A DNA stretch of 32,000 nucleotides, from contig JBAZRV010000002.1 of the NCBI GenBank assembly GCA_041662745.1, positions 30,001-62,000 on the forward strand. Direction: 5' to 3'. Both the position numbers and the translations under genes were made by a program. Under the pieces are notes generated by a model. That model did not search any database. It was not told the DNA's origin and was given only the letters and a program-made list of their open reading frames with translations. Source of the stretch: Patescibacteria group bacterium (GTDB taxonomy: Bacteria; Patescibacteriota; Patescibacteriia; 2-01-FULL-39-33). Shown piece after piece: positions 25,943 through 32,000 of this stretch (the first letter of the stretch is position 1; each line of letters starts with the position of its first letter).

Positions 25943-27397
25943 ATGGAACGAACGTTAGTAGCGGAGGTGGCAAAAAAAGCCGGGCAAGAAGTATTGATCA
26001 AGGGTTGGGTGCATACGCGCCGCGATCATGGAAAATTAGTGTTTATTGACGTGCGCGATCGCAGCGGTTTGTTGCAGGTTGTTTTTATTCCGTCCAATAA
26101 AGAGGCGCATGAGTTGGCGCAGAAGTTGCGCAGCGAATACGTCGTGGCCGTTACCGGCCAAATCAACGAACGGCCGGCCAATATGGTCAATGACAAGTTG
26201 CCGACCGGCGGCGTAGAAATGCTGGCGACCGGTTTGGAGATCATTAATGAAGCCAAAACTCCGCCGTTTGAAATTGATCAGGATACGATTGAAGTCAACG
26301 AAGAATTGCGCCTTAAGTACCGCTATCTGGATTTGCGCTCCTTGCGTATGGCCAATAATCTGGCGATGCGTTCCAAGGCCAATAAGTTTTTTCGCGATTA
26401 TCTGGAACAGCAAGGATTTTTGGAGATTGAGACTCCGATTTTAACCAAGGGCACGCCAGAAGGCGCCCGTGAATTTTTGGTGCCGTCGCGCCAGTGGCCG
26501 GGCAAGTTTTATGTCTTGCCGCAATCGCCCCAGCAGTTCAAGCAATTATTAATGGTGGCCGGCGCAGAAAAATATTTTCAGATCGCCAGATGCTTCCGCG
26601 ATGAAGACACTCGCGGCGACCGCCAAGCCGAATTCACGCAACTGGATATTGAAATGAGTTTTATTGAGCAGGAAGATATTTTCAATTTGATTGAGCCGAT
26701 GATGATTGAATTGGTGGAAAAATTATATCCTAACAAAAAAATCCTAGCCAAGCCGTTTCCGCGCTTGACTTATGCCGAGTGCCTGGAAAAATACGGCACG
26801 GACAAGCCCGACTTGCGTCCCGACAAAAATGACCCCGATCTTCTGGCGTTCATGTGGCTGATTGATCCGCCCATGTTTAAACACAGCGAAACAGAAAACA
26901 AGTTAGTCGCTTCTCATCATCCGTTTACCATGCCGAATCGCGAAGATATGGAGAAGTATCCCGATGAGCCCAAGAAGTGGCGCGCCTACGGCTATGATTT
27001 GGTATTGAATGGTTTTGAAGTCGCCGGCGGTTCCATCAGGATCCATTTGCGCGATGTCCAACAAAAAGTTTTTGAGCTTTTGGGCGTGGGAGAAAATGAA
27101 ATCAAAACCCGTTTCGGCCATATACTGGAAGCTTTTGAATTCGGCGCCCCGCCTCATGGCGGCATCGCTCCGGGCGTGGATCGTTTGTTAGCTATTTTGC
27201 ATAACGAACCCAATATCCGCGAAGTGATTGTTTTCCCCAAGACCGGCGACAGCCGGGATTTGATGATGGATGCGCCTAATTACACCAGCCTGAAGGCCTT
27301 GCGCGAGGCCAATATCCGCATTGCCGACAGCGTGGAAGCGCGCGCCGAAAAAGACGGCGTCAACCTTTACGGCGAACAGACGCAGACCGCGGATTAA
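25943..27397 (+). CDS. aspS: Aspartyl-tRNA synthetase, bacterial-type sequence lacking the GAD insertion domain
   Basis: It has an OB anticodon-binding N-terminus, motif 2 FRDEDTRGDRQAEFTQLDIEMSF, then YGTDKPDLR joined within about 10 residues to FMWLIDPPMF...HHPFTMP, and motif 3 GGIAPGVDRL. The length is 484 aa, against about 590 for E. coli. Confidence 0.93.
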   Translation: MERTLVAEVAKKAGQEVLIKGWVHTRRDHGKLVFIDVRDRSGLLQVVFIPSNKEAHELAQKLRSEYVVAVTGQINERPANMVNDKLPTGGVEMLATGLEIINEAKTPPFEIDQDTIEVNEELRLKYRYLDLRSLRMANNLAMRSKANKFFRDYLEQQGFLEIETPILTKGTPEGAREFLVPSRQWPGKFYVLPQSPQQFKQLLMVAGAEKYFQIARCFRDEDTRGDRQAEFTQLDIEMSFIEQEDIFNLIEPMMIELVEKLYPNKKILAKPFPRLTYAECLEKYGTDKPDLRPDKNDPDLLAFMWLIDPPMFKHSETENKLVASHHPFTMPNREDMEKYPDEPKKWRAYGYDLVLNGFEVAGGSIRIHLRDVQQKVFELLGVGENEIKTRFGHILEAFEFGAPPHGGIAPGVDRLLAILHNEPNIREVIVFPKTGDSRDLMMDAPNYTSLKALREANIRIADSVEARAEKDGVNLYGEQTQTAD

Positions 27398-27409
27398 TTT
27401 TTTATTATT

Positions 27410-27445
27410 GCTACGTAACAAGTTACATAGCAAGCTACGTAGCAA
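27410..27445 (+). repeat. Three contiguous 12-bp tandem repeats in the aspS-lipoprotein intergenic region
   Basis: The units are GCTACGTAACAA, GTTACATAGCAA and GCTACGTAGCAA. The third contains the palindrome CTACGTAG. The array ends 15 nt before the ATG at 27461. Confidence 0.85.
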
Positions 27446-27460
27446 AGTTTAATTGATTTT

Positions 27461-28288
27461 ATGAAAAAGCTCGCCCTATTATTTTTTGTTCTCTTGGTTG
27501 TTGTTTTATCCGGCTGCACTTTGCCCGGCCAAAAACCGGCGCCAACGGCTTGCACGTTGGAGGCCAAGATTTGTCCGGACGGCTCATCAGTCGGCCGCAC
27601 CGGCCCAAATTGTGAGTTTGCGCAATGCCCCGTTTCTGATGCCGGCAACGTCGGCTTGGCCAACCCCGCCTCGGTCAATTGCCGGGAAAAAGGCGGCAGT
27701 TTGGAAATTATTACTGACTTGGAGGGTAATCAATCCGGCTTATGCAAATTTCCTGATAATACTCAATGCGAGGAATGGGCGTTTTTTCGAGGTGAATGCC
27801 GTCCTGGGTTGATAACCTCGTCTTCTACGACGACAATAACTACTCTAACCGATTGGTCGGTCTACCAAAGCCAAGAATACGGTTTGGAATTTCAATACCC
27901 CAAGGATTGGCCTAAACCGCAAGTTTCTGCCGGCGTCTATACTGGCGGTTATCCGCAGGTAAGATCGAATTGGCGGATAAATGTTGGACCGGTTTCTAAG
28001 GGTGCTTGCGAAGGTGAAGATTGTTATGGTCTTTATCTTGATAAATTTCCCCTGCAGAATTACGCGGAAACATTAAAAGCGTTAAAAAATGATGGATCGA
28101 TTAACGGAATAACCGAAGAAGTGATTAATGGCAATAATGTCATATTTTTTACTGAAGCGGGGATGAAAGATTATGCCTCAGCTTTGATTTTTGGTTCTGC
28201 TATGATGATAAAATTGCAAGACAGCGGATTTTCTTCGTCAGCCAGCAATTTTAGGCAGGTTATTTCTACCGTTAAGTTCATAAAATAG
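27461..28288 (+). CDS. Lipoprotein with a small Cys-rich module and a DUF333 (putative hemolysin-like) domain
   Basis: It has a lipobox (VVLSGC), the module CTLEAKICPDGSSVGRTGPNCEFAQCP, then NPASVNCREKGGSLEIITDLEGNQSGLCKFPDNTQCEEWAFFRGEC, which matches the DUF333 pattern as I recall it. I do not recognise the C-terminal half. Confidence 0.75.
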   Translation: MKKLALLFFVLLVVVLSGCTLPGQKPAPTACTLEAKICPDGSSVGRTGPNCEFAQCPVSDAGNVGLANPASVNCREKGGSLEIITDLEGNQSGLCKFPDNTQCEEWAFFRGECRPGLITSSSTTTITTLTDWSVYQSQEYGLEFQYPKDWPKPQVSAGVYTGGYPQVRSNWRINVGPVSKGACEGEDCYGLYLDKFPLQNYAETLKALKNDGSINGITEEVINGNNVIFFTEAGMKDYASALIFGSAMMIKLQDSGFSSSASNFRQVISTVKFIK

Positions 28289-28315
28289 TTTAGTAATTTG
28301 AAGGTGACAAATATT

Positions 28316-28987
28316 ATGAAAAATTTGACTCTGGAGGAAGTCAAGGCTAATCCTTATGTCGATGACTTTATCCGCCAAACGGAAAAATACCTGATCGCTT
28401 TGGGCTATACCGATCACGGCTATCGTCATGTTAATATCGTTTCAGAGCGATGCCGCGGTTTGGCCAAGCAATTGGGGCTGGCCAAGAAAGATCAGGAACT
28501 GGCCGCCATCGCCGGCTATTGCCATGATATGGGCAACTATCTGGGCCGTACCCAGCACCATTATTGGGCGGCCATGCTGTTCTCGCAGATTTTCATCCCT
28601 CAAGGCATAAATCCGGATGACATCGCCCGCATCACCCAAGCCATTGTCAGCCATGATAAGGACGAATTGAAGATAGTTGATAAGATTTCGGCGATTCTGG
28701 TTTTGGCCGATAAATCCGATGTGCACCGCAGCCGCGTTATCAGCCGAGAAGTTCAGGCGCGGGGAGAAGATATCCACGATCGGGTCAATTACGCCGCGAC
28801 CGGCAACAGCCTGAAGGTCAATCGTCTGCTCAAACAGATCATTCTCAAGATCCAGATTGACACGCAGGAAGCCAAACCCATGGATTACTTTGAGATTTTT
28901 TCCGAACGCATGAGTTTCTGCCGGCTGGCCGCGGAATTTTTGGGTTATAAGTTCGTCCTGATTATCAATAATTTTAAATTATCTTAA
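28316..28987 (+). CDS. HD-domain metal-dependent phosphohydrolase
   Basis: HGYRHV...AGYCHDMGN gives the H...HD signature, followed by a later VSHDKD. I prefer the ATG at 28316 (AAGGTGA 8 nt upstream) to the TTG at 28298. Confidence 0.8.
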   Translation: MKNLTLEEVKANPYVDDFIRQTEKYLIALGYTDHGYRHVNIVSERCRGLAKQLGLAKKDQELAAIAGYCHDMGNYLGRTQHHYWAAMLFSQIFIPQGINPDDIARITQAIVSHDKDELKIVDKISAILVLADKSDVHRSRVISREVQARGEDIHDRVNYAATGNSLKVNRLLKQIILKIQIDTQEAKPMDYFEIFSERMSFCRLAAEFLGYKFVLIINNFKLS

Positions 28988-29002
28988 TTTAACTTTAACC
29001 AT

Positions 29003-29953
29003 ATGCCAAATGACAACAGCCCGTATCGGGGCAAAGGCGCTTTGGACGCTTTTCTCAATCTGTTATCCTTCATCTCTTTAGGTTGGATGTCCTGGGCGAT
29101 TGGCGGCATCGCTTTCCAGTTGATCAACAAGTATCTGGCCGAAAGCCTGAAACTTCAGATGTATTATCCGACGATGTATTCGCAGGAAGTGGTTAAATAC
29201 GCCATTGCTTCCTTGATCATCGTGGTGCCGGTGTATTTTTTGGCCGTCAATCTGTTGCATCGCAATTACAAGAAGAACACGCTGAATCATAACAGCGGCA
29301 TTTATCGCTGGCTGACTTATCTGATGCTTTTAGTGTCGGCCTTAACGATTATCGGCGCCCTCGTCCGCTTGATTTTCATTTTCTTAAACGGCGAACAGAC
29401 TTGGCGCATCGCCTTGAAGATTTTGACCGTTGTCGCGATCGCCGCCGGAATATTTAGTTATTATTTTTATGATTTGCGCCGCAAGGTCTACCAGAAATAC
29501 AGCACGACTTCTTTGGCTTTTGCCGTTGTCTTGGCGATTATAGTTTTGGTTGAATTGGTCGCCGGCTTAATGATCATAGATTCGCCGGCCGTTACCAGGA
29601 ACAAGCAATTGGACAGCCAGCTGGTTAATGATCTGACGCAAATCAACTATATGTTGGAGCTGGATTATCAGCAGGATGGCGTCCTACCGGTTGATTTGAG
29701 CGCCGCCAAATACAAGAATGTCATTGAGGCGGTAAAAAGCGATAAAATAGAATATAGCCGAAAAACGGCGAATGAATTTGAATTTTGCGCGGCGTTTCTG
29801 ACTGATGCGACTATGGATAATTCGCAGGGCTGGCAAGGCGATAACTGGTATTACCATGGCGCCGGCCGGCAATGCTTCACCAAGAAGGTTGTTTTACCCA
29901 AAGCCGACATGTCGCCGGAAGCGATCAAGGGCGAGACGCCGGTGGCGAGATAA
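29003..29953 (+). CDS. Multi-pass membrane protein (N-terminus resembles DUF5671-type proteins) with a C-terminal soluble domain
   Basis: It has five or six hydrophobic helices. The opening ALDAFLNLLSFISLGWMSWAIGGIAFQLINKY resembles DUF5671 proteins common in Parcubacteria, but that assignment is from memory only. Confidence 0.6.
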   Translation: MPNDNSPYRGKGALDAFLNLLSFISLGWMSWAIGGIAFQLINKYLAESLKLQMYYPTMYSQEVVKYAIASLIIVVPVYFLAVNLLHRNYKKNTLNHNSGIYRWLTYLMLLVSALTIIGALVRLIFIFLNGEQTWRIALKILTVVAIAAGIFSYYFYDLRRKVYQKYSTTSLAFAVVLAIIVLVELVAGLMIIDSPAVTRNKQLDSQLVNDLTQINYMLELDYQQDGVLPVDLSAAKYKNVIEAVKSDKIEYSRKTANEFEFCAAFLTDATMDNSQGWQGDNWYYHGAGRQCFTKKVVLPKADMSPEAIKGETPVAR

Positions 29954-30017
29954 TATCCTTGATTATTAATCAGCGGTTTAATTAATTTATTTTAAATCCG
30001 TAATAGCAATTAAATTT

Positions 30018-30713
30018 ATGCCAATCCCAGCCAAGGTCAAGAAATATCTTGACACTAAGGGCATTGATTATGAAGAGCTGGCCCACAAGACCGTCTTTAC
30101 CGCTTACGATGCGGCGCAGACATTGAAAAAACAGCTCAAAGAAATCGCCAAGACGATTTTGATTGAAGCGGACAAAACCCATGTGTTGGTGGTTTTGCCG
30201 GCCGACAAAAAAATCGATATGGCCAAGCTTAAAAAGGTCTTGGGCGCCAAAAGCGTCCGCATTCCCGATGAAAAGGTGATGATTAAAGTATTAAAAATCA
30301 AGCCGGGGACTTTGTCGTCTTTCGGCCGTTTACATGACATGGAAGTGGTGGTGGACAAAGCCATGATCGGCGTGAAAAAGGCCGTAGTGTCTACCGGCAG
30401 TTTTACCGACAGCGTCCTGATGAAAGTCAAGGATTTCGTGCAGAGCGAGGAAGCGCGTTTGGTTGACATCGCCATGAAGGGCGGTTACAAAGTTCCCAAG
30501 GCGACAAAGAAAAAGATGATTAAGGTAAAAAAGCAGGTTCAGGCCAGGAAAGGCAAAAAGACCAAGATTAAAGTTCCTAAAACGCTGAAGAAGCTGGTTA
30601 AGCCGGCCAAGAAAGCCCTGAAGGCGGCAATCAAACGGCCGATTAAAAAGTCAACCGGAAAATCCGTCAGTAAGAAAACAACCGTCAGTAAGAAAATAAG
30701 TAAGAGGAGATAG
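30018..30713 (+). CDS. Free-standing YbaK/ProX-type aminoacyl-tRNA deacylase domain fused to a Lys-rich C-terminal tail
   Basis: Residues 1-150 have the YbaK/EbsC-like pattern: KKYLDTKGIDYEELAH, KTILIEADKTHVLVVLPADKKIDMAKLKKVLGAK, PGTLSSFG and VVVDKAM. Residues 154-231 contain about 30 Lys and 4 Arg and no acidic residue. Confidence 0.8.
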   Translation: MPIPAKVKKYLDTKGIDYEELAHKTVFTAYDAAQTLKKQLKEIAKTILIEADKTHVLVVLPADKKIDMAKLKKVLGAKSVRIPDEKVMIKVLKIKPGTLSSFGRLHDMEVVVDKAMIGVKKAVVSTGSFTDSVLMKVKDFVQSEEARLVDIAMKGGYKVPKATKKKMIKVKKQVQARKGKKTKIKVPKTLKKLVKPAKKALKAAIKRPIKKSTGKSVSKKTTVSKKISKRR

Positions 30714-30726
30714 AAAAATAAAAAGA

Positions 30727-30747
30727 GAGCAGCCGATGCGGTTGCTC
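30727..30747 (-). terminator. Intrinsic terminator of the 31354-30779 gene
   Basis: GAGCAGCCG-atg-CGGTTGCTC forms a 9-bp stem with one G-U pair. On the - strand it is followed by tctttttattttt. Confidence 0.6.
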
Positions 30748-30778
30748 CCAAGAGAAGGTTCGGAAGAAATTCAAGGGG

Positions 30779-31354
30779 TTATTTTAGCAGTATTTTAGGG
30801 GATTCCACCATGTCCTGCTCATCAATAATCCGCACGCCGCATTCTTCAAAACTCGGCCGGAAACGATCCAACGACCTGGCCAGCGGAAGCCACTCTGCGG
30901 TGCCGGACGATGTGATAAGGGCGATCGGCGGAATTTTGATTGCAGTTAGTTCGCACAGGGTAATAATATCAAAAGCCACGCAGGCGCCGGTGAGAATTCC
31001 ATTTTGGGAAAGCGGGCGATGAAATGGATCGTGTTCCATGGCGATAATGAACAAGCGTTCAAATTGCTTCCGTTGAATGCCGGATAGCAATTCCTCCGGA
31101 TCGTCCAGACTGATCCCGGACATGCTGAAAACCATTTTTTCGTTGGCGCGATGAAGCGCGCATACCAGATCTTTGATCATCAGGGAATCCGGCGACATGG
31201 CGGCGTAGGGATCGCTGCAGGTTAAACAATTTTCCAAATTGATTTTTGCTTGTTCCGGAGTTTTTCCCTGGTAAATCAGGGCAAAAGACCTTGCTTTTTC
31301 CCCGGAGGCGCTTGGGCAAAGCCCTGGGTGAAAAGGTGAGAGCTCAATCATCAT
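30779..31354 (-). CDS. Hypothetical 191-aa cytoplasmic protein (ORFan to me)
   Basis: The track start at 31363 is a TTG. I prefer the ATG at 31352-31354, preceded by GAAAGGGAttgattatc. The gene has its own promoter and terminator, and I recognise no motif. Confidence 0.5.
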   Translation of the reverse strand: MMIELSPFHPGLCPSASGEKARSFALIYQGKTPEQAKINLENCLTCSDPYAAMSPDSLMIKDLVCALHRANEKMVFSMSGISLDDPEELLSGIQRKQFERLFIIAMEHDPFHRPLSQNGILTGACVAFDIITLCELTAIKIPPIALITSSGTAEWLPLARSLDRFRPSFEECGVRIIDEQDMVESPKILLK

Positions 31355-31422
31355 GATAATCAATCCCTTTCTGCGTTGTTAACGTCCTTGGTTGATGTTT
31401 CTGCCACAAAAATTCTAGTTAG

Positions 31423-31450
31423 ATCATACCATAAACAAAGAAAAAGTCAA
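31423..31450 (-). promoter_or_regulatory. Sigma70-like promoter for the 31354 gene
   Basis: On the - strand: TTGACT (rc of 31445-31450), a 16 nt spacer, then TGgTATGAT (rc of 31423-31431). Confidence 0.5.
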
Positions 31451-31461
31451 GCATTAGTTGA

Positions 31462-31489
31462 TTGAATTTATTGAAGAATATTTTATAAT
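31462..31489 (+). promoter_or_regulatory. Sigma70-like promoter for scpA
   Basis: TTGAAT (31462-31467), a 16 nt spacer, then TATAAT (31484-31489). It lies back to back with the divergent promoter. Confidence 0.5.
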
Positions 31490-31524
31490 TTGTTTAAATT
31501 TAGATAAAAAATTATTGACCAATC

Positions 31525-32000
31525 GTGGATTATCAAATAGTTTTAGATAAATTTTCCGGTCCCTTGGATCTTTTGCTGCAATTGATTGAGCAAGAGGAAC
31601 TTGATATTTCTCAGGTTTCCCTGGCCAAGGTTACCGATCAATATTTGGCTTATTTGGACGCCAATAAGGGTCTGCCGGCCGGGGAGTTGGCTGATTTTTT
31701 GACGGTGGCGACGAAGTTATTGGTTATTAAGTCAAAATTATTGTTACCGCAGTTGGCGGATGAGGAAGAAGACAGCGCGGAACAATTGGAAGCCCAGCTC
31801 AAGATGTATAAGGAATATTTGGAAGCGAGCAAGAAGCTTGAAGTATTGTTAATGGAAAATAATTATTCTTTCACGCGCGAGCGTTTGCCGATTGATTTTC
31901 GGCCGGCCTTTTCTCCGCCACCCTCGCTTTCGGCCGGCGATCTGACCGCTATTTTTGAGGAGATTTTAAAGCGCGTTGAATATGTTACCGGGTTGCCGAA
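31525..32000 (+). CDS. scpA: Segregation and condensation protein A (kleisin), N-terminal part; continues past the window
   Basis: This gene is not in the ORF track because it has a GTG start and no stop in the window. My translation from GTG 31525 is VDYQIVLDKFSGPLDLLLQLIEQEELDISQVSLAKVTDQYLAYLDANK...LADFLTVATKLLVIKSKLLLP, the typical ScpA N-terminus. Confidence 0.8.
   Translation, partial: MDYQIVLDKFSGPLDLLLQLIEQEELDISQVSLAKVTDQYLAYLDANKGLPAGELADFLTVATKLLVIKSKLLLPQLADEEEDSAEQLEAQLKMYKEYLEASKKLEVLLMENNYSFTRERLPIDFRPAFSPPPSLSAGDLTAIFEEILKRVEYVTGLP

Noticed and set aside
27410-27445. A CRISPR-like interpretation of the short tandem repeats (also 13220-13267, 25158-25205, 6746-6776 and 21691-21710).
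   Set aside because: The units are contiguous with no spacers, occur in only 2-3 copies of 10-24 bp, and no cas genes are present. They are simple tandem duplications.
31542-31553. TTTAGATAAATT inside scpA matches the motif found immediately before the gyrB ATG.
   Set aside because: Here it is in-frame coding sequence (VLDKFSG, the conserved ScpA N-terminus) and is short and AT-rich, so it is most likely a coincidence.

Overview
The window reads as a chromosomal segment from a small-genome, moderately AT-rich bacterium. The taxon is an inference from gene content: probably Candidate Phyla Radiation / Patescibacteria (Parcubacteria-like). Supporting signs are a DUF4012-type protein, domain-minimised aminoacyl-tRNA synthetases, mostly Shine-Dalgarno-less housekeeping starts, and small Cys-rich lipoprotein modules. 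The backbone is almost entirely on the + strand. In order it carries: an envelope-glycan block (a partial processive GT2, two further GT2 enzymes and a DUF4012 protein), mreB, a GT4 enzyme, trpS, holB, a BNR/Asp-box lipoprotein, frr, rseP, proS, a second mreB-like gene with mreC-mreD-PBP2, greA, a prepilin-type protein, gyrB (- strand), aspS, a DUF333 lipoprotein, an HD phosphohydrolase, a multi-pass membrane protein, a free-standing YbaK/ProX-like deacylase and the start of scpA. No rRNA, tRNA, CRISPR array, transposase or integrase was seen. Several compact modules of unrecognisable genes interrupt this backbone, and most have their own near-consensus promoter, strong SD and hairpin terminator: 5998-6732 (-), 13233-14266 (-), 24113-25211 (+), 25309-25713 (-) and 30779-31354 (-). 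The best candidate for something undescribed is the 13.2-14.3 kb module, a translationally coupled triplet of diverged paralogous small proteins with a duplicated initiation region. Next is the 24.1-25.2 kb pair (an ORFan plus a DnaJ-type zinc-finger miniprotein) that sits beside DnaA-box-like sites upstream of gyrB. I cannot assign a function to either from sequence alone. Other points worth a second look:
- ProRS lacks the INS editing domain and carries a 4-Cys knuckle in its place, while a YbaK-like protein with a polylysine tail is encoded in trans.
- AspRS lacks the GAD domain.
- The operon-encoded MreB paralog has a degenerate phosphate-2 motif.
- An AT-rich palindromic motif abuts the start codons of gyrB and the GT4 gene.
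- There are several short in-phase tandem repeats.
- No housekeeping gene in the window ends in TGA.
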